DNA from: Rickettsiaceae bacterium
GTDB taxonomy: Bacteria > Pseudomonadota > Alphaproteobacteria > Rickettsiales > Rickettsiaceae
DNA: 64,000 bases
Assembly (NCBI GenBank): GCA_020697135.1
Contig: JAJFBM010000003.1
Location: forward strand, 7,768 to 71,767
Direction of reading: 5' to 3'
The notes under the pieces are model-generated. The model did not search any database. It was given only the letters and a program-made list of their open reading frames with translations, and had not been told where the DNA came from. The translations under genes were made by a program, and so were the position numbers. This document shows, in pieces, positions 30,001 to 38,312 of the stretch. How positions within the stretch are numbered: the stretch's first letter is position 1; each line of letters starts with the position of its first letter.

Positions 30001-30116
30001 TAGGCTATGTAATAATAGGTGGTATGTTGCTTGGAACTTTGTTTACGCTTTTTGTAATACCACTCTTATATAATATTTTTAAAGCTGATACTAAGAAAGC
30101 TTTGACAGAAGCTTAA
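27069..30116 (+). CDS. RND-family (AcrB/HAE1-like) efflux pump inner-membrane subunit
   Basis: 1015 aa. MNISELCIRRPVFAQVLSL start, 12 TM helices, the conserved AIGLVVDDAIVMLENI motif and LRLRPILMTT. Confidence 0.95.
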   Translation: MNISELCIRRPVFAQVLSLSIVVLGIIFFFKLQIRGTPDIDYPIVSISARYEGADAEFMETAVTIPIEKAIRNVKHIDNVTSSSSPGESRITVIFKLGVDIEVALNDIRSKISDINNLPKDMKAPEVGKMDSDAHPTLWISVASTSFNEMELTEIVTEFIQKPLEKLDAVGNARIVGSKRYTIFIEPIPKNLFSYNITPFEIEQVIREQNQDYPAGIIKTNARDFYLSLKSTKKTVEEFKNIVLRQNQGELIRIGDVASVRLAPEEDDVKIRFNGENSIALGIVKQSNSNIIEMSNMVREELKKIQNTLPKGININIAYDGALPVKSSVNSVFKTIFEAIILVSIVIYLFLASIRISIIPLVTIPVSLIGTLSFMYLCNFSINTFTLLAMILAIGLVVDDAIVMLENIYRHVEEKKLSPFKAALKGSQEIQFAVIAMTITLASVFLPIGFIEGFMGKLFIEFAWTLAFSVLVSGFVALTLTPMMSSKMITTSHEEKFFFLEQFQRFLNTTNIVYIYCLKIIFKHRFKFLLFCLSQIVVMVLCFKLVKKEFVPDEDYGILQAMFNGPEGSSIHHTDKFVKEAENIFKSIDEVNGYFTIIGYGGGETAFGFVSLKPWSERDRDQSEIRNQVNGAFSKLTGVTAFAMGPRSMVGGGKGKAVEFRITSTQNLTSLVKVANNFITQMRANALFKDIEMDIKASTPTVDIIINRDKAYMLGVDVEAIGRTVQYLQSGLKIGDYRHGNEVYDVRLQYARDNRSSIEDLNKLYIKSKNGQMIFFDNIASVEEKIAIKSINHYNSLSSVEITANLNDMTAQQAMDQINQIAIKTLEGQNAKIEFEGELKQLSESNHQILLTFLFALIFIYLVLSAQFESFKDPLLILLAVPFSITGGVALVYLTGNSLNIYSNIGLVTLIGLITKNSIMIVEFANQLKDQGQKTFDAILTSARLRLRPILMTTTATICGVVPLIFATGADANARHSIGYVIIGGMLLGTLFTLFVIPLLYNIFKADTKKALTEA

Positions 30117-30185
30117 GGAATAGTTTAGTTTTGAGGAAAAGCTAGGTTCTGCGTAAGCCAATAATAAATAAATACATTCATTATA

Positions 30186-30692
30186 ATGATAATACTCGGC
30201 ATCGATCCAGGAATAAATTGCACAGGTTGGGCAATTATCAAAATAGAGAGAAGCAAAGCAAGCTACATCGCAAGTGGTGCTATTCAAACTGATGCAGCAA
30301 ACCCACTTGGTGAAAGGCTTGCTAAAATTTGCCAAGAATTAAATATTATAATTGATAAATATTCTCCACAACTTGCTGCTATGGAAGAAGTGTTTATTAA
30401 TAAAAATCCCCAATCTTCTTTAAAATTAAGCCATGCAAGAGGCGCATTAATGGCAACTATTGCGCTTAAAAATATCCCTCTTCGTGAGTTTGCACCGAAC
30501 CAGGTTAAAAAAACAGTAGTAGGTGTTGGAAGGGCAGAAAAAAGCCAAATTCAACATATGATTACTATGCTTGTTAATGGTGCAAAATTTTGTAAAGCTG
30601 ATGAAGCTGATGCGCTAGCTGTTGCTTACACTTGTTCTGTTATGACCAATTTTGCACTTTTTACAACTGGTTTCAAGCAGCTTATTATTTAA
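30186..30692 (+). CDS. ruvC: Holliday junction resolvase RuvC
   Basis: 168 aa. ILGIDPGINCTGWAII, AMEEVFINKNPQSSLKLSHARG, DEADALAVA. Confidence 0.9.
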   Translation: MIILGIDPGINCTGWAIIKIERSKASYIASGAIQTDAANPLGERLAKICQELNIIIDKYSPQLAAMEEVFINKNPQSSLKLSHARGALMATIALKNIPLREFAPNQVKKTVVGVGRAEKSQIQHMITMLVNGAKFCKADEADALAVAYTCSVMTNFALFTTGFKQLII

Positions 30693-30729
30693 TGTACTGT
30701 TTGTTTTTCCTTTTTCTTAGTAAGAGCTA

Positions 30730-30855
30730 ATACCATTTCACACTTAAAATAAGACATATCGACTTAGCTGATCTCTGCTTTGCTCACGTATTAATATACG
30801 CTTACGCAGCCTCGTCCTAAACTCAATGTGTATTATTTTAAGTGTGAAATGGTAT
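30730..30855. mobile_element. MITE / RPE-like palindromic element, family A, copy 2 (intact 22-bp terminal inverted repeats)
   Basis: The TIRs are ataccatttcacacttaaaata and tattttaagtgtgaaatggtat. The internal hairpin is acgtattaatatacgc. It is the reverse-complement homologue of 9768..9893. Confidence 0.8.
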
Positions 30856-30880
30856 AATATATTTGTGCATCTAAAATAAC

Positions 30881-30930
30881 TTGACATTTACGTAATGTAC
30901 GTATATTATTTAATTTAAAGGTAATACGTA
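30881..30930 (+). promoter_or_regulatory. Promoter and putative operator of the yefM-relE module
   Basis: TTGACA (30881-86), a 17-nt spacer, then TATTAT (30904-09). Three copies of the palindromic hexamer TACGTA lie at 30889, 30898 and 30925, overlapping the spacer and the leader. Confidence 0.5.
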
Positions 30931-30935
30931 AACTT

Positions 30936-31178
30936 ATGAAAGATTTCAATAGAATATCAGCAACTGAACTTAATAAACATCCAGGGCAAATTCTACATAT
31001 GGCTCAAAGAAATCCTATCATTATTGAAAAAACAGGACAACCAGCAGCTGTTGTAATCTCCTATGAGTATTTTACTGAACTGGAGGATTACTTTTTTGGT
31101 AGCTTAGCTAAAAAAATAGATGATGAAGGTGAGTATCTTTCTGCTGAAGATAGCGAAAGGTTTCTAAGAGATGTATGA
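30936..31178 (+). CDS. Phd/YefM-family type II antitoxin
   Basis: 80 aa. ISATELNKHPGQILHMAQRNPIIIEKTGQPAAVVISYEYFTELED. It overlaps the toxin gene by 8 nt. Confidence 0.8.
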   Translation: MKDFNRISATELNKHPGQILHMAQRNPIIIEKTGQPAAVVISYEYFTELEDYFFGSLAKKIDDEGEYLSAEDSERFLRDV

Positions 31179-31443
31179 ACTTCACATTGAAAAGAGAGTA
31201 ATAAAGTATATATCCTTATGCCCTCTCAAACATCAATCGCAATTAAAGGCTAAAATATTATCCCTTAAAGAGAACCCTACTCCTAATGATTCAAAACAAT
31301 TAAAAGGTTTTGATCCTTATTTAAGAGTTGATTCGGGTGAATACAGAATTATTTATAAGATACAAGAGAATAATGTCTTTATTATTCATGTAGGAAAAAG
31401 GAACGACGAAGAAGTCTATAAAGCCTTCAAGAGGCTTTTATAA
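31171..31443 (+). CDS. RelE/ParE-family type II toxin (mRNA interferase)
   Basis: 90 aa. LKENPTPNDSKQLKG..LRVDSGEYRIIYKIQENNVFIIHVGKRNDE. Confidence 0.8.
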   Translation: MYELHIEKRVIKYISLCPLKHQSQLKAKILSLKENPTPNDSKQLKGFDPYLRVDSGEYRIIYKIQENNVFIIHVGKRNDEEVYKAFKRLL

Positions 31444-31491
31444 CTCACTTAATCTAAGAACTTTAATCATCTATAATACTATAAAAAGCAA

Positions 31492-33834
31492 TTAATGCAC
31501 CGTTTCTCCTTCCTTTTTCTTAGCAAGCGCTATTTCTAAGACTTCTTCGGCGTAGCTTACAGGTATTATTTCAAGCTTACTTGTTATACCTTCTGGGATT
31601 TCTTGTAAGTCCTTCACATTATCTTTAGGTATGATTACTGTAGTAATACCGCCTCTGCTTGCAGCAAGTAGCTTTTCTTTAAGACCCCCAATTGCAAGAA
31701 CCCGACCACGTAGAGTAATTTCGCCAGTCATCGCAACGTTACGTTTTACTGGAATGCCTGAGAGGATCGATACAAGCGTGGTAAATATTGCAATACCGGC
31801 TGAAGGTCCGTCTTTTGGAATTGCGCCTTCAGGAACGTGAACATGTATATCGAGATCTTTGTAAGTATCGTAAGATAGACCATAATCACTGGCTGTTGAT
31901 TTGAAAAAGCTAAATGCTGCTTGCATAGATTCCTTCATCACGTCACCAAGTTGACCGGTTGCTTTAATATCGCCTTTGCCTGGAACGGTTACAGCTTCTA
32001 TAGAGAGCAAGTCTCCTCCAACTTCAGTATAAGCAAGGCCAGTTGTAACCCCAATCATATCTTCAGTTTCAGCTTCGCCATATCGATGTTTCCTAGGGCC
32101 AAGATAGCTTTCAAGATCATCAGGTTTAACAGTTAAAGATTTAGTATTTTTATCTTCTAAAATCTTCTTCAACACCTTACGTGCAAGAGCGCTAATCTGC
32201 CTCTCAAGACTCCTTACCCCTGATTCACGCGTATAATATCTAATAAGTTCAAGCAATGCTTCATCAGTAATTATAAATTCGTCTTCTTTAAGCCCATGAT
32301 CTTTCAAAATTTTAGGGATTAAGTGCCTTTTTGCAATTTGTAGTTTTTCTTCCTCTAAATAACCAGAAATATGGATAATTTCCATCCTATCACGCAGTGG
32401 CCTTGGCATATGTAGGGAGTTTGCTGTTGCAATGAACATCACATCTGAGAGATCATATTCAACTTCTAAATAGTGATCAGCAAAATGGATATTTTGTTCA
32501 GGATCAAGTACTTCTAATAGCGCAGAAGTAGGGTCCCCCCTATAATTTCTATCTACTTTATCAATTTCATCAAGTAGCATTAGCGGGTTAGAGGTCTTCA
32601 CCTTTTTGATCTGGTTTATGATTTTACCAGGCATTGAGCCAAGATAAGTTCTTCTATGTCCTCTAATTTCAGCTTCATCAGTAATCCCACCTAAAGCAAA
32701 TTTCACATATTTACGCCCTACAGCTTCTGCAATAGATTTAGCAAGCGAAGTTTTCCCTACTCCCGGAGGACCAAATAAACATAGAATAGGACCTTTAAGC
32801 TTTTCTGATCTTTGCAGTACTGCTAAATATTCAACTATACGTTCCTTCACTTTTTCGAGTCCATAATGATCACGGTCAAGAATTTCTGCAGCTTTTTTAA
32901 TATCAACTTTAACTTTATCTTTTATGCCCCATGGTAGAGATAGTAATGTATCAAGATAATTACGTATGACGGAAGCTTCAGCCGCCATAGGATTCATAGT
33001 CTTAAATTTCTTCAGTTCTGCCTCAGCTTTCTCTTTTGCTTCTTTTGACAGTTTTAGCTTTTCAATTTTCTTTTCAAATTCGCTAATCTCTGACTTATCA
33101 TCATCACCAAGTTCTTTTTGGATAGCTTTCATTTGCTCATTGAGATAATAATCTCTTTGAGTTTTCTCCATTTGCTTTTTAACTCTAGCTTGTACAGACT
33201 GCTCAGCTTCAAGGATGGAAATTTCAGAATCTAAAGTAGCATTTAAATGCTCGATTCTTTTCTCAATATTATTAATCTCAAGCAGCTCTTGTTTGTTTGA
33301 GATTTTATTAGTTAAATGTGATGCTATAATATAGGTTATATGGCTGGGGTTTTTTTGGTTTAGTAGGGCATTAACTGCATCAGGGTTTATTTTCTTATTA
33401 TTTTTTACATATTCACCAAACAAGGTTATAACTTGTGCTGTTGCAAGGGCAAGCTTATCAAGATCCCTTATTTCTTCATCAGGGATAATTTCGTAATTTG
33501 CACTAAAAAACCCATTTTTTGAGCTTATAAGGTCAAGTTTTACTCTATATTGAGCTTCTACAAGTATTTTAATATTATTATTTGGTAGTTTAACTAACTG
33601 AATTATTTTAGCAAGAACACCTATTTTAAATAAATCTGTAGGTTTAGGGTCATCTACTTCTGGATTTTTTTGCGCAGTAAGCAGTACATATTCTTCGCCA
33701 TTAATGATTTCTGCTGCATTTAAAGCTTTAATGGATTTCTCCCTACCAACAAACAGAGGAGCAATAATATTTGGAAATAATACTGTATCTCTGAGCGCCA
33801 GCAAAGGAGCCTGTCTTTTTATCGTATCTTGCAT
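31492..33834 (-). CDS. lon: ATP-dependent Lon protease
   Basis: 780 aa. Walker A GPPGVGKTS, sensor and AAA+ core, and catalytic PKDGPSAGIAI. Confidence 0.97.
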   Translation of the reverse strand: MQDTIKRQAPLLALRDTVLFPNIIAPLFVGREKSIKALNAAEIINGEEYVLLTAQKNPEVDDPKPTDLFKIGVLAKIIQLVKLPNNNIKILVEAQYRVKLDLISSKNGFFSANYEIIPDEEIRDLDKLALATAQVITLFGEYVKNNKKINPDAVNALLNQKNPSHITYIIASHLTNKISNKQELLEINNIEKRIEHLNATLDSEISILEAEQSVQARVKKQMEKTQRDYYLNEQMKAIQKELGDDDKSEISEFEKKIEKLKLSKEAKEKAEAELKKFKTMNPMAAEASVIRNYLDTLLSLPWGIKDKVKVDIKKAAEILDRDHYGLEKVKERIVEYLAVLQRSEKLKGPILCLFGPPGVGKTSLAKSIAEAVGRKYVKFALGGITDEAEIRGHRRTYLGSMPGKIINQIKKVKTSNPLMLLDEIDKVDRNYRGDPTSALLEVLDPEQNIHFADHYLEVEYDLSDVMFIATANSLHMPRPLRDRMEIIHISGYLEEEKLQIAKRHLIPKILKDHGLKEDEFIITDEALLELIRYYTRESGVRSLERQISALARKVLKKILEDKNTKSLTVKPDDLESYLGPRKHRYGEAETEDMIGVTTGLAYTEVGGDLLSIEAVTVPGKGDIKATGQLGDVMKESMQAAFSFFKSTASDYGLSYDTYKDLDIHVHVPEGAIPKDGPSAGIAIFTTLVSILSGIPVKRNVAMTGEITLRGRVLAIGGLKEKLLAASRGGITTVIIPKDNVKDLQEIPEGITSKLEIIPVSYAEEVLEIALAKKKEGETVH

Positions 33835-33960
33835 AACCCTACCAATAACTTTTTTATATCCATCGTATAACTATACTAGGATTTATCTTAAAATGTTATA
33901 TAATTACGTACAACCTAAAATTCAACTCTTAGGTAAGCTAATTTTTTACTATATCTCATT

Positions 33961-34956
33961 ATGCCAGTTGTTATTCAAGAAGCCAAGCACGTAAAAGAGG
34001 CTCATGCAAGAATTTCACGTTTTTTGCATGAAACTCCGTTAATTCAGTCAGAAGTTCTTAACCAAATGTTAGGGCATGATATATATTTCAAGGCTGAATC
34101 GTTGCAAAAAACTGGTGCTTTCAAAGTTAGAGGCGTGCTGAATCATCTTCTTACCCTTAAAGAACAAGGCAATTTACCAGATAAGGTTGTTGCATATAGT
34201 ACGGGTAATCATGGTATCGGCATGGCTTGGGCAGCAAGAAAGGTAGGAATTCAAGCAAGAATTTACCTGCCGAAGAATACTTCGCAAGTAAAACAAAAAG
34301 CAGCAGAATATTATGGTGCTGAAGTGATTTATACTGACACAAGGCAAGAAGCTGAAGATAGGTCTCGTGAAGACCTTGCAAATGGTTATTATTATATTCA
34401 CCCGTCAGATAGTGATTCGACAATAGCTGGTGCTGGTACTATGTGTTATGAGGCGCTAAAACAGATGGAGGTAAAGCCTGATGCTATATTTGCTTCATGT
34501 GGAGGAGGGGGATTGCTCTCTGGCTCATTCCTTGCAAAGGAATTAATAAGCCCAAAGAGTCAGTTATTTGGTTCAGAGCCAGCCATTGCCAATGATGCTT
34601 ATCTCTCGTTAAAACAAGGAAGTATCTTTAGGTTTCAGAGCTCTCCACAAACAGTAGCAGATGGCCTCCGGACTTTAGGAATATCTGAGCGCACTTTTGA
34701 ACATCTTAAAAAGCTTGATGGATTTTATTTAGTTGATGAATATGATATTTATTATTGGACAGCATGGTTAATACATTTGCTTAAAATTGCCACCGAACCA
34801 TCTTGTGCAATGAATATGCAAGCAGTGGTAGAGTGGCTACGCAAGCAAGATTCGCGTAAAACTGTGCTAGTGATGATTTCGGGCGGTAATATCGACCCAT
34901 CCCTTTATCGTGAACTTTGGAAAGAAGATTATCTGCTGGAAGCGCCGAAGTTGTAA
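33961..34956 (+). CDS. PLP-dependent threonine/serine dehydratase or serine-racemase-like enzyme
   Basis: 331 aa. PLP-lysine motif SLQKTGAFKVRG, STGNHG and glycine loop SCGGGGLLSG. Confidence 0.8.
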   Translation: MPVVIQEAKHVKEAHARISRFLHETPLIQSEVLNQMLGHDIYFKAESLQKTGAFKVRGVLNHLLTLKEQGNLPDKVVAYSTGNHGIGMAWAARKVGIQARIYLPKNTSQVKQKAAEYYGAEVIYTDTRQEAEDRSREDLANGYYYIHPSDSDSTIAGAGTMCYEALKQMEVKPDAIFASCGGGGLLSGSFLAKELISPKSQLFGSEPAIANDAYLSLKQGSIFRFQSSPQTVADGLRTLGISERTFEHLKKLDGFYLVDEYDIYYWTAWLIHLLKIATEPSCAMNMQAVVEWLRKQDSRKTVLVMISGGNIDPSLYRELWKEDYLLEAPKL

Positions 34957-34961
34957 CTTTA

Positions 34962-35004
34962 AAATAACCTACCGTAAAGCGCGTCTAAAGTAGGTTATTT
35001 TTCT
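34962..35004. terminator. Hairpin between convergent genes, a possible terminator
   Basis: aaataacctac-(17 nt)-gtaggttattt followed by ttctt. The loop is long. Confidence 0.4.
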
Positions 35005-35019
35005 TAATAAATATTATAT

Positions 35020-36759
35020 TCAATTATGAGAGTCGTATAAATCACTATTGCTACCAGTTTGAGCTATATCAACTAGCTCATCACTTGCCTGATTATCATT
35101 TATAAGAAGAGTTATAAGCTCTTCATCCTTAGCTTCAACCACTACCTCATTATTGTTTATCGTGTTCAGCGAGGATTGCAAGTTATTAAAATGCAAAGCT
35201 GCGTTGATATATTCTTTGTAATACTCCTTTCTTAAAGAGAGAACCTCTGCATAAAGCTGCCAAAATACTTTGAAATTATGTAAGTTCACTTCTTCAGAAT
35301 CATATTCCTGACTTTCCAGCTCTTGAATAATTCTCAATAATTCTTCAGTAAATTGATATCCAGCTGAATTCTCAGTAGTTTCGTTTTTAATAGCATTCAG
35401 AATTTCATAAATATTATTTCCATTCTTATATTCATTGAATATAATTCTTGCAATCTCGAAAGGTAGAACCTCCGGGTTACTAGATATAAATTCGCGTGGA
35501 TTGCCTAATTGTGAAATTATTTCAAATACTAGCGAACTAAAACTATACTTTAGATATTTATGTTCAAAGGGATTTAGGCCGAGATTTAAAAGGTCAAATG
35601 CATCGGCAGACAATTGTGCTGTAAGATCTGCAAAGCAGATTTTATTTTTATTTTCTAACACTTTTAATATCGATTCTCTAAGGGAATTAATAATTTTTTC
35701 TGCATTTTGTTCAACGGCATAACTAATTTCGTTGGAGATATATATAGCTTTAAAGAGCTCAGTATCAAATTGTTTAATTTTTTGATCAAATTCTTCAAAA
35801 TCCATAAAATCCTTTGTGCTGAATATAGGTTTACACTCTTCAGCATTTTCGATGATTCTTTTTAAAGTTGTTTTGAATGGAAGTATTTTGATTAACCAAT
35901 TTATTTCCGGGTAACTTCCTAAGGTCTTATAAGCTTTTATAGCTGTAACAAGTTTTTCTATCAATTCAGTCTTTTCACCATTTATTGATAATAATGACTT
36001 ATGATCATGTTTATATGTAGAGGCCTGTCTCAAAAGTGGTAACCCTACTATAAGTAATTTGTCAATATCCATGATCGCTTCTACTATAAAGTCTAATTCT
36101 TTATAATCCATTTCTTTAGCAGTGATATTTAATGATATAAGATTTTTCGTATGTTTTAAGCATTCAGCCATTGTTCTTGTGCCTATAATTCCTAAAGTCT
36201 TACCACTAATATCTAAGGTTTTAAGGTTCTCTAGCTTAGGCAATAATGAGGCTAATGTAGCAAATTCAATATCCCCCATGGTTGCTACATGAATTGTAAG
36301 GCGTGATAATTTATTTAACGACACAAAAGATTTTAAAATAATATTTAAATGTAAAGGTTCTTTAATATAACATTCTCTAAATGAAATTACTTGAAGGTCT
36401 TTTAAAGAGGCAATTGATGCAGCAAAAGTTTCTATATCCTCTATACTAATTTCGTATTCAAAATTCCCATAAATAGTTATGCCTTCAACTATAAAATCAT
36501 GTTTCATTAAGTCAGATAGCCTAGATAAATATTTGTAATTACAACCTTTGATACTCCAACTGGTCGGGAATTTGACAGTAGTTGCAAGTTTAAAAGCATC
36601 TAAAATTTGCTCAGTGTTTGCTGTTAGGTGACTAGATGATAATTTAACTGTATCACTCTTATTAAGCTCTGCTTCTACAATTTTTATAGCAAGGCTTTTA
36701 TATTCATAATCAGCATATTTTTTAGGGTTATTAATTATATCTTGTAATAAAGGCGTCAT
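35020..36759 (-). CDS. Eukaryote-like leucine-rich-repeat protein (RNI / ribonuclease-inhibitor-type LRR), effector-like, with the acidic C-terminal tail motif
   Basis: 579 aa with no signal peptide. Roughly 28-aa LRR units are seen, for example LKDLQVISFRECYIKEPLHLNIILKSFVSLNKLSRLTIHVATMGDIEFATLASLLPKLENLKTLDISGKTLGIIGTRTMAECLKHTKNLISLNITA. The tail is LLINDNQASDELVDIAQTGSNSDLYDSHN. Confidence 0.6.
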   Translation of the reverse strand: MTPLLQDIINNPKKYADYEYKSLAIKIVEAELNKSDTVKLSSSHLTANTEQILDAFKLATTVKFPTSWSIKGCNYKYLSRLSDLMKHDFIVEGITIYGNFEYEISIEDIETFAASIASLKDLQVISFRECYIKEPLHLNIILKSFVSLNKLSRLTIHVATMGDIEFATLASLLPKLENLKTLDISGKTLGIIGTRTMAECLKHTKNLISLNITAKEMDYKELDFIVEAIMDIDKLLIVGLPLLRQASTYKHDHKSLLSINGEKTELIEKLVTAIKAYKTLGSYPEINWLIKILPFKTTLKRIIENAEECKPIFSTKDFMDFEEFDQKIKQFDTELFKAIYISNEISYAVEQNAEKIINSLRESILKVLENKNKICFADLTAQLSADAFDLLNLGLNPFEHKYLKYSFSSLVFEIISQLGNPREFISSNPEVLPFEIARIIFNEYKNGNNIYEILNAIKNETTENSAGYQFTEELLRIIQELESQEYDSEEVNLHNFKVFWQLYAEVLSLRKEYYKEYINAALHFNNLQSSLNTINNNEVVVEAKDEELITLLINDNQASDELVDIAQTGSNSDLYDSHN

Positions 36760-37085
36760 ATTTTATATTAGTTTAGTTAAAATACTTAAAGCAAAATAAT
36801 TGCTTTTCTTTTTAAGTCAAGGAAAAGGCTTATAAGTTAGTTAATGGTTGTCTCGGATATAGTAGGTGATGTAAATATGCTAAGTTTAAACTTAGAGGGT
36901 AAAGGGAATTTTTAGCTATAAACTAAAGCTCCCCTAAAGTTGTTATTATTTAAATATATCTTTAAGCACTGAAAACATCCTATTATTTGGATCTCTTGGC
37001 AGCTTTGGCTCTTTGCCTTGTTCAATAGCATACCAATATGAGTCTGGGAGTTTTTTTTATGACTAAATAAATTAATTAAAGGAAA

Positions 37086-37161
37086 TGGTGCCGATAAGAG
37101 GATTTGAACCCCCGACCCACACATTACGAATGTGTTGCTCTACCAGCTGAGCTATACCGGC
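37086..37161 (-). tRNA. tRNA-Thr (anticodon CGU)
   Basis: Manual cloverleaf. Acceptor stem GCCGGTA/TATCGGC, D-arm GCTC-AGCTGGTA-GAGC, anticodon stem ACACA/TGTGT with loop TTCGTAA, T-loop TTCAAAT, and an encoded CCA. Confidence 0.85.
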
Positions 37162-37190
37162 TTTAGATAGATTGATTATGCGTTATAAAT

Positions 37191-37224
37191 GCAAAAGACA
37201 GAAAGTAATATATACTTCCTGTCT
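37191..37224 (-). terminator. Rho-independent terminator of rplS
   Basis: On the minus strand, agacaggaagt-atatatt-actttctgtct (one mismatch) is followed by tttgc. Confidence 0.5.
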
Positions 37225-37253
37225 AATAAATATAATATAAATATTTTAAAGCT

Positions 37254-37646
37254 TTAAGCTTTTGCTGCAACTTTTGCAGCTCTGGTTGCTTTTAAATCTT
37301 CTTTAATTCTTGCAGATTTACCTCTTCTAGATCTGAGGTAGTATAATTTCGCACGACGTACAACACCACGACGTACAACTTCAATACTATTTACGATCGG
37401 AGAATAAATTTGGAATCTTCTTTCAACACCTTCACCATGGCTAATTTTACGAACTAAAAAAGAAGAGTTTACACCACGATTCCTACGTGCGATTACTACA
37501 CCTTCATAAGCTTGTAGTCTCTCAGTTGCACCTTCAACAATTTTAACCATTACTTTTACAGTATCACCAGCTTTAAAATCTGGTATTTTTTTTGCTTGAG
37601 CAAGTCTCTCAATTTGGCTTGCTTCGAATTTCTCTATAAAGTTCAT
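37254..37646 (-). CDS. rplS: 50S ribosomal protein L19
   Basis: 130 aa. [60 protein letters not shown]. Confidence 0.97.
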   Translation of the reverse strand: MNFIEKFEASQIERLAQAKKIPDFKAGDTVKVMVKIVEGATERLQAYEGVVIARRNRGVNSSFLVRKISHGEGVERRFQIYSPIVNSIEVVRRGVVRRAKLYYLRSRRGKSARIKEDLKATRAAKVAAKA

Positions 37647-37958
37647 GCCTTTACTCCTAAAATAAAATTAAGGTAATATAACTTAATTTATCAAAAATAT
37701 CTATATAAATTATTTGAATGAATAAATTATTTTCAAGAATCAATCTAGACTATTTATACTGAAAATGACTAAAAATCCAGTAATATTTTGAATAATGGCA
37801 ATAAATTTATTTTTTACTACAATATTATTTAAGGCCCCCACCCTTTTTTTACTTACTTAAAATCGCTTCAGCGAAACGTTAAAATTCGTTAAATATTTAT
37901 CTTGTGTTATTTTTTTTATCAGCTATTATATTAATATAAATTAACATATATTAGCATT

Positions 37959-38312
37959 ATGTCAAAAACTTCATACAACTTTGCTTTAGCAAATGATGAG
38001 GCTTATCAAGCAGTAGAACATTTTGGAAATGGAATTGTAGAAGCTTATAAGACAGCAGCATCATGGGGCTCTTTAGGTATTTGTGCATTTGGAATGACAG
38101 CCTATGCATCTCAAATTGCCAATTACGTAAGCAACGATGATTCGCCAATAACTTTAGATTTACTTGCTCCCGCAACAACTTCTGTGGGTGAGCTAATTTC
38201 TACAGTATTGGATTCAGCTATGACTTCACCTGTTAATATGGTAACTGAGACGGCTGAAAGTATGACCCATGCAAGACTTGCGGCATTCCGTGTGCTTGAA
38301 GAATTATTTTAG
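37959..38312 (+). CDS. Hypothetical 117-aa protein encoded antisense between trmD and rplS
   Basis: The ORF has an ATG start and one hydrophobic segment (WGSLGICAFGMTAYA). I recognise no family. It overlaps the trmD 3' end by 9 nt. Coding status is uncertain. Confidence 0.3.
   Translation: MSKTSYNFALANDEAYQAVEHFGNGIVEAYKTAASWGSLGICAFGMTAYASQIANYVSNDDSPITLDLLAPATTSVGELISTVLDSAMTSPVNMVTETAESMTHARLAAFRVLEELF

Noticed and set aside
36912-37124. 70-aa minus-strand ORF overlapping tRNA-Thr
   Set aside because: It overlaps the tRNA-Thr(CGU) gene and has no supporting features.
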